Assembly: GCF_001194135.2 (NCBI RefSeq)
Contig: NC_068984.1
Location: 67,904,886-67,968,881 of the forward strand
DNA from: Octopus bimaculoides
Lineage: Eukaryota
Direction: 5' to 3'
Length of the DNA stretch: 63,996 bases
In this document: in pieces, positions 39,211 to 51,879 of the stretch
How the letters are laid out: each line of letters starts with the position of its first letter
How positions within the stretch are numbered: the first letter of the stretch is position 1
Notes under the pieces: generated by a model
Told to the model about the DNA's origin: nothing
Database searches by the model: none
Seen by the model: the letters and a program-made list of their open reading frames with translations, nothing else
Program-made: the position numbers and the translations under genes

Positions 39211-39621
39211 TGCCGGTGCTGATGTAGTATGTGATCTACATACATGTTTCTGGTATAGTTTGTGATCTACATTAGTTCAAATGGTATAGTTTGTGATCTA
39301 CACCGACTTTTTGACCTACATTTAAAATTCATCTATTTACTCCACTTACGGTTGGTTTGGTATATAAATAAAAATAAAAAAACTTCTATGATTGAAACAC
39401 TTTTAGTCCTGAGCCCATTGAAACAAGTCGTGATGAGAGCAAAAGAATTTTACGCACAGGTTATTCGAGATGAAGAAGCTGCAATAGAATTTCTCTGACG
39501 CTATGAACTCCTTGTTTAACTCACTCCTCTAATTATAATTGCAAATTTAAGGTAAAATTTTTAATGTAGATCACAAGCTAGTCTAGATTTAAGTTGCTGT
39601 AGATCACATACTCCACCGGCA
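39211..39621 (+). mobile_element. Non-autonomous DNA transposon with TIRs and subterminal repeats, possibly Merlin/IS1595-like
   Basis: Left tgccggtg..agtatgtgatctaca mirrors right tgtagatcacatactccaccggca; gtgatctaca three times on the left and twice inverted on the right; internal MRAKEFYAQVIRDEEAAIEFL. Superfamily is inference; no TSD found. Confidence 0.65.
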
Positions 39622-40167
39622 TGCATTTGCTTTTAATCTTGGAAGTTCAATTATTAACAAAATAGATATTATTATTCAACAACCGTATTAGAGATTAATA
39701 TAAACACCAAGAAATATATGACATGAAAACGAGTGACTAATACCTGAATGCATTGCGTGTTAATTATATACAGTAGGATAAACACCGCCCTCTGTACGTT
39801 TTCCTCAAGTTTATATTGATGATGTTTAACACATACATATTGTTCTTATTGTATATGTAAAAGTCCATTGACTAGTGACTCTTTTTTTAATTCGAACCGA
39901 AGGTGCTAAGGCACATTGTCCAATGTACCATTGCCTGATAGAATATGGTTCTTCGTGGGAGAAATGTGGGTGCTACATCAAACAGAACCAGCGATCGCAT
40001 ACAGAGAGGCCTTCTAATGTTGTTCAATAGAAGTTTAGTTGTTGACGTACGATGAACATCGTTTCAATCATGACCATTTCAACATGATTGTACATGAGGA
40101 ACAACATTGTCCAACAAATCATTTATTCAAGACGGGAGCCGGAAATTTGAGCGAGATTTTACTGCTC

Positions 40168-40566
40168 GGCGCAGGCCTGGCAGTGTGGTAAAACGTTTGC
40201 TTCTCAATCATAAAGTTCCGGGTTCAGTCTCACTACGTAACATCTTAGTTAAGATTCTTTTACGATAGCTTCGGGTTGACAAAGGCCTTGTGAGTGGATT
40301 TGGTAGACGGATACTGAAAGAAGCCCGTCGTATTTGTGTCTGTGCGTGTGTCTTGGTTGGTCCACCACCACCACCACTTGACAACCGACGTTGATGTGTT
40401 TACGTCCCCGTAACTTAGAAGTTCTGACACCGATGTAATATGTACCGAGCATTAAAAAAGAAAAAAGTACTGTGGTCCATTCTTTCGACTAAAATTCTTC
40501 AAGGTAGTGCCCCAGCAAGACCGCAGTCTAATGACTGAAACAAGGGCAAAATAAAAGATAAAAGAT
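40168..40566 (+). mobile_element. SINE family A, full length
   Basis: ggcgcaggcctggcagtgtggtaa head through taatgactgaaacaag...ataaaagataaaagat tail. Confidence 0.85.
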
Positions 40567-42234
40567 GTTCCCGTTTATTGAATCCCGAAATCAGCGAATA
40601 TACATCGACTTTACCTAACGTGTTACAGTCGAAAGTGATTTTCTACCTGCCACCCTCTCTTTTCTCTCTTTCACACACACACATGATTCTTACATCTTTC
40701 TTTCACAGGAGTGGTACATGTAAATAACAAGATGAATTACTTGGGGAGGCTGTGTTACATGGAAGGAGAAAGGGCTGGCGGAGTTTCGGTTACATATTTG
40801 AAAATACATTAGCATTATAAAAGATACTCAATCATCATATTTATATATGTATATATATCTATATATNNNNNNNNNNNNNNNNNNNNNNNNNNNNNNNNNN
40901 NNNNNNNNNNNNNNNNNNNNNNNNNNNNNNNNNNNNNNNNNNNNNNNNNNNNNNNNNNNNNNNNNNNNNNNNNNNNNNNNNNNNNNNNNNNNNNNNNNNN
41001 NNNNNNNNNNNNNNNNNNNNNNNNNNNNNNNNNNNNNNNNNNNNNNNNNNNNNNNNNNNNNNNNNNNNNNNNNNNNNNNNNNNNNNNNNNNNNNNNNNNN
41101 NNNNNNNNNNNNNNNNNNNNNNNNNNNNNNNNNNNNNNNNNNNNNNNNNNNNNNNNNNNNNNNNNNNNNNNNNNNNNNNNNNNNNNNNNNNNNNNNNNNN
41201 NNNNNNNNNNNNNNNNNNNNNNNNNNNNNNNNNNNNNNNNNNNNNNNNNNNNNNNNNNNNNNNNNNNNNNNNNNNNNNNNNNNNNNNNNNNNNNNNNNNN
41301 NNNNNNNNNNNNNNNNNNNNNNNNNNNNNNNNNNNNNNNNNNNNNNNNNNNNNNNNNNNNNNNNNNNNNNNNNNNNNNNNNNNNNNNNNNNNNNNNNNNN
41401 NNNNNNNNNNNNNNNNNNNNNNNNNNNNNNNNNNNNNNNNNNNNNNNNNNNNNNNNNNNNNNNNNNNNNNNNNNNNNNNNNNNNNNNNNNNNNNNNNNNN
41501 NNNNNNNNNNNNTATATATATATATATATTAGACAAATATGCACATACACGGATACATACGTGTGGGCGTATGTGTATATGATGCACACACATACACACA
41601 CACACTCATATGTACATATGCATGTATATACATTTATATATTATCTACACCTCTGTGTGTGTGTTTGTGCGTGCGTGCGTATGTGTGCGCACATAACAAG
41701 AATATTAAATTTTGTATTAAATACGGCTTCACTAATCAGACGCTTTATACATCTTACATATGTTTAAACAGGTACATAAACAGATATCTATATATGCATA
41801 CAGCCTATATCTTCGTACTCAAAAATTCATGTAGAATGGTATATAATCAACATCAACATCATCATCATCATCGTCGTCGTCATAATCAAAAACAACAACA
41901 ACAGCAACATTATTCTCATCGCTCCACTCAGAAACGAGTAGGGCATTCATTATATCCACAATGACTTGAACACAGTCTTGCTGCTAATATTTCTTTTTCT
42001 TGGAAAAGACATATTCCAATAGAAATCTAATCAGCGATTATTGTATATACTCATGTAATCATTTATAATTCTTCAACGTAGTTCCTAAATGGCTCCTTAG
42101 TAAATGACACACGCGTACCGTTGACGTCTTCCCTATAATGATGTTTACTTCATCTTTGCTTCCCTCTCTCTGTAAGGAATTTAGATAAGTTGCAACTAAT
42201 ACTAGCCTCTGATAAAAAATACAAAAAAGCAGCA

Positions 42235-42510
42235 TTTTGTATTACCTAACATTACATTCTCAGGTTTGAATGTTGCTGTGCTCAGTTTTACCTTTTTTCT
42301 CTCTAGAGTCGATAAAATAAAGTACGAGTAAATACTGAGGTTGTTCTAATCGACTGTATTCCTTCCTCCAAATTTAAAGCCTTGAATCTATGTCATACAT
42401 AAATATTTAGGCTATTTGCAAAGCGGTGAGCTGGCAGAGTCGTTACTGCGTCGGGAAAAATATTTAGCGGCATTTCGTCCGTCTTTACGTTCTGTGTTCA
42501 AATTTTTAAT
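42235..42510 (+). mobile_element. Two partial SINE family B copies
   Basis: gagtcgataaaataaagtac 3' half at about 42235-42400 and aagcggtgagctggcagagtcgttac 5' half at about 42415-42510. Confidence 0.6.
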
Positions 42511-42574
42511 GCAATTCCTAATAATATTTAATGATAAAACTATAATGGGATCTTTTTAAACATTGAATGGTTTG

Positions 42575-42641
42575 TGGGATCCACTCGAGTAAAATAGGAG
42601 CCAAAGAGGGTTCATAAGTCAAAATTGGTTAAGAACCACTG
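42575..42641 (+). mobile_element. hAT (Charlie-like) terminal fragment
   Basis: Ends ggttaagaaccactg, matching the typical hAT-Charlie terminus; other end not found. Confidence 0.4.
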
Positions 42642-44197
42642 CTGTAGATAGTTGTTCAGTTGTGATAGAAGACAGATACCTTATCTGTATTCTCTTTTCA
42701 TATTAGGCTAAAACTCATATTTCATTTTAGATAATAAACATCAAGCTATTGAAATGTTAAAATTCTAAGGGTCCCAGAAGGTTCCTAATACTTTGGAAGA
42801 CAACTAAGGTTGTACTGAAAAAGTTTGTCGTATAATTTAGAAACATTTATAATTATACCAATATTATAAAATTTGATATCATTATAAAACATCAGAAGAA
42901 ATTCGAGGGAAAGCTGAACAGCAGAGATTCTTCAGAGAAGACACCCCCAACCCTTATGCAGAAGTTTTGGCTTTTAACTCTTTACACTTTCAGGGCTCGA
43001 GCAGGCATCCAGGTCATTACTCCTGGGTATGTCGTTGCTGCTCTGTTTGTGTGCCACATTCCTGAGGATTCAAAGTAACTTAGAAGCCAAGATACTTTAG
43101 ACATAGTAACCTCTTCGCTGTGAGACACCAGCTGAACATAAATGTATTTATTATAATCATTACACTCATACCATAAATGGAGGAAATCAATTTCATTGGC
43201 ATTACTATTTGAATATTTATTTCAATCATTATTTCGATGGATTTTCGCGATTGTGAAAATATCTTCTAAATTTTATTCGGGTTCACACGAGCATTTCGTA
43301 TCTGTGGCTGCAAGCTTATTTCCGTTAGTATTAGGGAAAGAAGTTTTTATTCAATTATATATTTTTTTCATTTCTGATGTTATTATTGTTGCTTAATCAT
43401 TCTTGCCAAGTCAGCCTTGAGCATGCAGACTCATGATCGGATACGTTCTCAGACCATGCAAACTTTTTTACCGCTGATACATGGTATATCTATGACTATG
43501 CCATCCAATGTATGCACTTCTTTTTTAAGAGTATGTGTCCGTAGGAGATTTGACTGCTAATTCTAGGGTATCGAGCGACTATTTAGAATCCTCCATTTTA
43601 ACTGCATCAATTTCTTCCATATTATTCACAAATATGTTTACTATCAGAAATATTTTCGATATAATAAAAAAAAATCTATTAATAGAATTAAAGAATTATT
43701 TCCATTAGACATTCACGACCTGTCTTTAAAATGTAGTCAAAACAGAAAAAAATTCCAGCAGTATTATAATGTATTATATTACATTAGATATCAATAGATT
43801 ATCATATATTATATTATAAAGTGAAAAAAAAAAAAACTCTTGAGAATATTATAGGAAGGTTATTAGTTTTAGAGCGATTTTTTTTTTCATTTCCCGCGCT
43901 TATCTTCATTCCAAGTTAGCTTGCAGCTTAGGAAATTGCCGCATATGTGAATAAAAGGTTATATTATTTGCATATAAACGATTATATAAATGGACGCCAA
44001 TAAACAAAGTGAGATTTTCGGACGCAATCATTTTACACATAACGCAGTCAAACACAATCAGTCAAAAACCAGCATTGAACAAATCAATGCAAAGTTTATA
44101 TATTCTATGGTATATTCCAATGTCAAAATGGAATCAGGTCATTATGCTTGATATGGAGGTTACTGACATTTCACAAATACACCAAAGGGCAAAAATA

Positions 44198-44233
<36 letters not shown>

Positions 44234-44245
44234 TAAATTCTTTTT

Positions 44246-44567
44246 TTATTCTTTTACTTGTTTTAGTAATTTGATTGTGGCCTTGTTGGAGCACCGCCTT
44301 TACTCAAACAAATCGACCCAAGGAATTATTCTTTGTAAGCCCAGTACTTATTCTGTTGGTCTCTTTCGCCGAACCGCTAAATTACAGGGATGTTAACACA
44401 CCAACATCGGTTGTCAAGCGATGATTGTGGGGGACAAACAGACACACAAACACACACACACGCACACACAAATATATATGACGGCTTTCTTTTAGTTTCC
44501 GTCTACCAAATCCACTCACAAGGCTTTGGCCCGAGACTATAGCAGAAGATACTTGCCCAAGGTACCA
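44246..44567 (-). mobile_element. SINE family A, 5'-truncated at a (GT)n/gap
   Basis: Reverse-complement match from tail (cttttacttg) to core (agaagatacttgcccaaggtacc). Confidence 0.85.
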
Positions 44568-45064
44568 TATGTGTGTGTGTGTGTGTGTGTGTNNNNNNNN
44601 NNNNNNNNNNNNNNNNNNNNNNNNNNNNNNNNNNNNNNNNNNNNNNNNNNNNNNNNNNNNNNNNNNNNNNNNNNNNNNNNNNNNNNNNNNNNNNNNNNNN
44701 NNNNNNNNNNNNNNNNNNNNNNNNNNNNNNNNNNNNNNNNNNNNNNNNNNNNNNNNNNNNNNNNNNNNNNNNNNNNNNNNNNNNNNNNNNNNNNNNNNNN
44801 NNNNNNNNNNNNNNNNNNNNNNNNNNNNNNNNNNNNNNNNNNNNNNNNNNNNNNNNNNNNNNNNNNNNNNNNNNNNNNNNNNNNNNNNNNNNNNNNNNNN
44901 NNNNNNNNNNNNNNNNNNNNNNNNNNNNNNNNNNNNNNNNNNNNNNNNNNNNNNNNNNNNNNNNNNNNNNNNNNNNNNNNNNNNNNNNNNNNNNNNNNNN
45001 NNNNNNNNNNNNNNNNNNNNNNNNNNNNNNNNNNNNNNNNNNNNNNNNNNNNNNNNNNNNNNNN

Positions 45065-45378
45065 AGAAGTTGAAGAACTTGGCTTCAAAGTTATTCCCCA
45101 CCCAGCTTATTCCCCAGACCTTTCTCCTACCGACTACCACTTTTTCAAGCATCTTGATGATTTTCTGCGAGAGGAGTTCAAAAACCAAACCGTTGCTGAA
45201 AGTGCGTTCAAAGAGTTATGAACTCCAAAACTCCAGATTTTTATGTTACCGGAACAAACAAACTTGTAACTCGTTGGCAAAAATGTTCTTACTTTGATGA
45301 ATAAAATTTCCGCATTGTTGAAATATATTGTGATGAATTTTCTGTTTCAAAACGTTGCTTACTTTTTACTAAGCCTGA
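45065..45378 (+). mobile_element. Mariner transposase C-terminal remnant with 3' TIR
   Basis: ELGFKVIPHPAYSPDLSPTDYHFFKHLDDFL is the mariner YSPDL.P.DY catalytic motif; NKLVTRWQKC follows; TIR-like ttactttttactaagcctga then TA. 5' part lies in the gap. Confidence 0.92.
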
Positions 45379-45659
45379 TATTTTTAAAAAAACCGTTACT
45401 TATGTATATGTAAATGCAAACTTGTTTAATGCTTATGGGCGCGTGTGTGTGTAATGTGCTGAAAAAACAAAAACAAAATGTCCGTTTGTTAGCTTAAACG
45501 ATATTTCGATACAATTACTTTAAACCAGAAGCTAAAGAATATTATTCCTAATTTACACAAATACTTATGATAGATTGAAATGTCATTAAAGTATTTAATC
45601 AATTAAGAGATTTATTATAAGTCACTCAGTTTCAATCTAGAAATTATAGTTAAATAATA

Positions 45660-45837
45660 AATTATTCAGTTCTATATTTAAGAGATGAGGAATTATGTAC
45701 ATTATTTACAATTGACGGATATTTGTCCTCATCTTGTTTGTTGTTAACACGTTTCGGCTGATATACCCTCCACCCTTTATCAGGTGTCTTAGGGAAATTT
45801 CGAACCTGGGTTCTCATTCCTAAGGTATTTTTCGATG
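45660..45837 (-). mobile_element. Short repeat carrying a degenerate hammerhead ribozyme (PLE pLTR/retrozyme-like)
   Basis: Minus strand AGACAC CTGATAA AGGGTG GAGGGTATAT CAGCC GAAAC GTGTT; abuts (TAT)n. Confidence 0.6.
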
Positions 45838-46327
45838 TTGTTATTATTATTATTATTATTATTTTTACATATATGTATATATATATATATATATATGTGC
45901 ATACATACATTTAGATACATATATGTTCATGCGCATGTAATTTTGTGTGTGTGTATGTGTGTGTATATATGTGTGTATGAATATATGATACATGCATTTA
46001 TGTTTGTATGTGTGTGTGTATGCATGCATGTATAAATTGAATGTTGGTACAGTCTGTATGGATAGTTAAGAAGATCATTTCGCAATCACGAGGCTAATAT
46101 TCAATTCCACAGTGTTATCTTGAGCCAGCGTCATTTTTTAAAAACTCGAGTGAAGCCACACCTTATGGGTGAGATTTGGTAGACGGACATTGTATGGAAG
46201 GAAGCTTGCGCTGGATGCATCGTAGCCTTAATCAAAAATCTAGTTGTACCAAACCATTTTGGAAGGTTTCTCCTTGGAAACTGTTGAGCTAAATATATTG
46301 TAAAATACCCACCTACTTACACATTAA

Positions 46328-46541
46328 TACAACAGGGTGCTGAAAGGTCCCTGGCTTTTGGGTAATAAAATACAGGAGGATCAATTAATTATGATGTTAT
46401 TCAACATATTCCTCTCTCAGATTCACACATTTATTGCAGCGGTTCCTCAGCTTTTCTAAGCCCTGTAGAAGAACTCGTACGGTTGGGCCTCCAACTTTCG
46501 CGATACTCTTAAAGTCATGAACTTCTCAGTATCCCCTCGTG
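46328..46541 (+). mobile_element. Mariner-type MITE, copy 1
   Basis: TIR-like tacaacagggtgctgaaaggtccctggc and gtcatgaacttctcagtatcccctcgtg; collinear with the reverse complement of 47170-47381. Confidence 0.8.
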
Positions 46542-47169
46542 CAGTGAAAATAGTAATTCAGTTGGTCAAACTAAGGAAAAGTCAGGGTCGGAAAATCTGA
46601 TCATATCCATTTCATTATACACGTTTACTTATTTACCTTTTTTTCAACCTGCATGACGTGGTAATTTTGGAGCACCATATATATTATATATACGTCATTA
46701 GCGACAGAAGTAATATCAGTTCAGAATAGTATTGTGAATATGTTACTTAACGTGGATATACTGTCAGAAAGTCACAACCCTGAGGTATTCGTTCTGAGAA
46801 AGCATCGCGTGTAGATGTAAAGTGGTATAGAAGTATCAGTTGATGTGTCGTGTCTTTCTTACAGTGTGCCCACGTTAAATAAGATATACGGTATAATGTG
46901 TGTGTGTGTGTGTGTGTGTTTCTGTTTGTGTGTATATATACATATATACTTGACTTCATATGAACTTAGATATTCCGAGAGAAAGTGAAATAATTCCTTT
47001 TTGGAAACAATGAAACTCGAAGCAGAGACAGCTATAAAAATAGCGTGAAAATATTGTTTGTTTTTTTTTTAGCCCAATATTTACTCGTTATTATTCATAG
47101 TTTTCTGTGCTTCGAGAATCACTTTCATTGTGTGTGTGGGGGGGGGTTACACACGCACGCGCACAATCA

Positions 47170-47381
47170 GTGCTGAAAAGTTCCTGGCTTTGAAGATGTC
47201 ACGAAAGGCCTGGTTGGAAGCCCAACCTTCCGAATTCTTTTACAGGGCTAAGAAAAGCTGAGGGACCGCTGCAGTTAAGTGTATGAATCTGAGAGAGAGA
47301 TATGTTGAATAAAATCATAATTAAGTGATCCTCCTGTATTCTCTTTTACTTAAAGCCAAGAACTTTCAGCACCCCCTCGTA
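47170..47381 (-). mobile_element. Mariner-type MITE, copy 2 (inverted relative to copy 1)
   Basis: gtgctgaaaagttcctggc ... gccaagaactttcagcaccccctcgta followed by (TA)n. Confidence 0.85.
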
Positions 47382-47800
47382 TATATATATTCACTGTAAA
47401 GAGAGTAAAGCTCATATAATCAATTATTCTATCGATTGCTTAACACATTTCGCCCGTAGCATAACCTTTTTTTTTATTACGAAATGAACTTGTAGTTTGT
47501 GTATTACTAATAGTATGAACGAATGCAACATATGAAGATATATTTTAGCAAACGGACACTTCTGTGTTTTTTTTTTTTTTCTTTTTTACATAGAGAATTC
47601 ATGTCTCAAGAAATATCACTACGCAATTACATTACAAAATTTCAACTTGGCTTCCTTGAAAACTACATAAATCATACACGAAATTTGAAAATGATATCAG
47701 GAATTGTGAAACACTAGAATGGGAGAAATTTATAACTACGTATAGTATGCATGATTTGTAGCTTGTATTCATATATATTTTTTTTAGAGTAACGAGCCGG

Positions 47801-47849
<49 letters not shown>

Positions 47850-50074
47850 ATGTATCTATCTATCTATTTATTCTGTATGTGTGCGTGTTTCTATGTCTAT
47901 ACACATACATATTTATACAAACATTGTAACTCATCTATTTGTCATGACATTTTGAGAAATCGACATGGAGACATATCTGATACAATTTTGCAGCTTTACA
48001 CTGTAGCTATGATATTACGGATAGTTGATGATATTTGATAATCGTACTTTGCTGAAAAGATGAATAGATATACAGCGAAAAATTCTTCTAAACTCAATTT
48101 GAGGAAATAAAGAAGCTGTCGACGATAGTTGATTGTATCTTTATTTTATTTCCCGGTTTCAATTTAGGATTTCATCACCGTAAACAGAAACGATGTTCCT
48201 TATTTTTTTTATTTTTTCAAGTGTGTGAAATATTTGAGTTATTAACGGCAAAACAAACTTGTTGAGATTTTGTTGTTGTTGTTCAAGTCGACCCTAATTT
48301 AGCAAATCTATGCATAAAAGCTTTCCATCAATGATCATGCAGTCGCTCTTTTTTTATATGCATTATATTAATGATCGACCAGCTAAGTTGCAAGGATGAC
48401 GTACAACCAGCTAAGAGCTCATCAGCTTTCCTAGTTTACTCGGTACTCTGTTGTGTTAGTCGCTCTTATACGTAACTCTCAAGTGTTCTTCTTTGATCTC
48501 TTTGTATGTAATTCGCAATAGGAAAAAAAAAACACCAATCCAAAGAGCGTCAAAACACTTGATTCAGTTTGTCATTATAGTTCCAAGTTCAATTACGTCT
48601 ATGGAAAATTTCCCTGCAAAAGATTAACGAACTATATGGGAGAAGATTTATCACTCTTATGCATGAGAGAAGATAAGTACCAAGCTATGTGTTTTATTGT
48701 GATTCAGAAGACAATTCGCTGTTCTAACTCTTATTCGTCCTTTCACAGATTCCACTGTTCTCAAACCACCTCCACTCGGGTATTCCAGACTTATACGTAT
48801 CTCATCCTCTCGCCATCCAGTACTGTACCATACCCAGTCTTTACACTAACGACTATTTTCCTCAGCAAATCCTTCCCTGTCCATGTTTTCTCTACTATGT
48901 CGACTCGCAAATGTTCAAAAGGAACATAAACTGCATCGACATCACCAGTCTTACAAGGCCTGTGATGGCCTAACTTATCCTTTCTCTCTATTATCAAAAG
49001 CTTAGCAAATATTTTATCCATTTTGCTGTTTCGTCGGTATACGGGCATAGTAACCAGTTTTATGTATACTTACAGTAACAGTACATTTACGTATCAAGGA
49101 CGATATTAGGTCGGTAAAATTTGACTCGTGTTAAAAGGAAGGTTACAAGCTCCTCGACTTCAGGTTGGTCTATGAATCATGCAGCTTCAGTTGAAACAAT
49201 AGATTGAACATTTTCAGTGGAAATAGTCGTCTCTAAAATGTTTTAAATTGTCAAACTAATAGAATAATGTAAATTTTGGATATAACATGGCTTTTAGAAT
49301 TATAATAACATTTTCAATGGAAGTTTAATGCAGACAACATATTTCAAGTGTTCCCTTAAAGGTGAATGTAAAAGAAAAATAACTTATTGAATTACAACTT
49401 CAAATAATTGCTTCAAGTCTATTTCTTGCTTTGTTTTAAGAATGGTAGCATGAAAGAATCTGAGAATTAGTGGGTGTTACCATTTTAGAATAAATGTTAT
49501 TATTTTTGTCTCTATGTTCTGTAAATTTGAAAACCCTTTGAGTGAAAAATTTCTGTAAACATCATTTTATTTATTTAAAAGTGTTGAAAAGAAACTCACA
49601 GTAAGTAGCATAGTATGTTAAATATCATTTTTCTATTCAGAACTTTTAAGAAAATGCTTTCTATCATTACTTCAAAATGTAAAATTTGCTACACGTGTTT
49701 TATTATCTACTTCTGTGTATTTCTCCGCCATACTCTGGACATAAGGGAGAGAATCAAATCATAAAAAAAAATTTCCTGAATGTCAGTGGAAATATCCCAT
49801 GATCGTGACATGTACAGCAATATGAATTTCAGATCTGTAAATACCTGCCAGAATGGAAAATTAGGTATTATACTGATCAACAGGAATACATGGGTTGTAG
49901 TTGACAATCAATTAATTTGTTAGAAACGTATGCATTTTTCCTTATCCACTTGATCGAAAAAAAATGTAACGGCAGTCCAATATTACTATGTGGTTCAGAA
50001 GTTTACTTAGAAACTACATGGTTTCAGATTTAATCCGACTGCATAAAACCTCTAGTCATCGTATTTTATCGAAG

Positions 50075-50210
50075 CCTTGGGATGGTCAAAGCCTTGGGAT
50101 GGTCAAAGCATTGGGATGGTCAAAGCATTGGGATGGTCAAAGCATTGGGATGGTCAAAGCCTTGGGATGGTCAAAGCATTGGGATAGTCAAAGCCTTGGG
50201 ATGGTCAAAG
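50075..50210 (+). repeat. 17-bp minisatellite (8 units) inside a degenerate SINE family A copy (about 49985-50250)
   Basis: c(c/a)ttgggat(g/a)gtcaaag x8, immediately followed by ccttgtgagtg of the SINE core. Confidence 0.92.
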
Positions 50211-51879
50211 CCTTGTGAGTGAAACCTCTAAACTGACACCATAAAAAAGTTCACCGGAGGGGTCGTTTCTGTTATAAGATATTAGATGAACTCACCTCTT
50301 GGCTTAACCCTATCATCTGATGCTTGGGTCTTTAGCAGAAGGCACTCTAATGAAATACTTCGATTAAGATCTCTAGTTGGAGGGTAGTTTCTCTCTTATT
50401 AAACTACTTTAACCTGCAGGAGGTTATGAACACTTTTTTTCTCTTCTGACTTAACCATCCAAAAATTAAGAAAAAATAGAAGCAACTAAGATTACTGGTA
50501 TACTTTATTACAAGCAACTATTATTTTTATAATAAATTATAATACATTGGGGAACGATGATTAATTCAATATGAAGAATTAATTAATATTTGCTATTAAG
50601 ATATGAAATATACTACTGTTGATTCAAAACACCCTTAATATATGCCTCTGACATACAATAAAAGAAAGATGGTTCGCATTTGGGAATTTAATGATAGAAT
50701 ATTTTGTAATATAGAAATGAGACGGAGAAAGATAGATAGTCAGAGAGAGGGAGAGGGAGGGAGAGAGAGAATGACTAGAATAGCATAAAAAGAAGCAGAT
50801 TGAGAAAGAGGAAGAAGAAATGATAGAATCAATATACAACACAAACTGTTCAATAAATTTTTGCTGAATACTTTGGTGAATGTTAAATAAATCAATGTTG
50901 TATAACGCATGATTCATGTATTATGCTAGTTATTTTTTTTTTCTTAAGATTCTTCAGAAGTGCACACATTTAGTTTAATAATGATATGCATTCTGCCCTC
51001 AAAGTGACTTCCCATTTTGATTCTACCGAATTCAGAAAACAGATAATGACTCAAGCCAATAGGAGACTACTTAATCCTAGATTAGTAATGGAAGAAAACA
51101 TTTACAGATATCCAGCTATGCTAAGGTTTAAATACAAGATCATGAAATATCTGATTCATGTCAAGAGGTTTATTGATGCGGTAAGATTTCAGAAAATGGC
51201 TTAAGATAACACGATAGGAAATCTTACACAGCTGAACAATGTTTTTCCTTTTCTTTTATAATTTCTTTCGCAATATAAAGCATAAGGCTAGAGATATTTC
51301 TGTTGTGTAAAGACAATCTTGAAAGAAGAGTGGGGAATAAATTATGTTAAATAAAACAGAGAATTTTTAAAATAAATAATTAAAAAATAGACATGAGATA
51401 AAAGAACTCCAGAAAATAGCATAGCACTTGATCAGGAAGTAAAACGTGTAGATTGAGAATTAAAAAAAAAAGTCTGAAGAATCAACAAAAAACATCAGAA
51501 TGTAATGAACTCAGATGTTAAGAATGACTGGGATCGAAGTTGGTTGGGTTGATATGATAAAAAATTATTTTGGAATCTGTTTTATGTTCCTGCTTGAAAG
51601 TTGGTAAACCTCATTTCAATTCTTAATAATAAAGTGGATGCTGGTATACTTGATTATGTAATAAAAGAATCTAATTGATTGAAATTAATTAGATATGGAG
51701 CGCACCAAACACGCTTTGATCATGTTAGACTTCGTCGGTGAAAAATTACTTAACTGTGCTTGCAAAATATTAAAACGACTAGAGAGATATAGCTTTTACG
51801 TAAATGAATATTTATGACCTAATATCAAATAATCACTGGTTTCTAAAATTATTCAAAGCTCCGTTGTTGGAATGTAGAT

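Noticed and set aside
50075-50210. CRISPR-like array
   Set aside because: Contiguous 17-bp units with no spacers, eukaryotic context, derived from a SINE.
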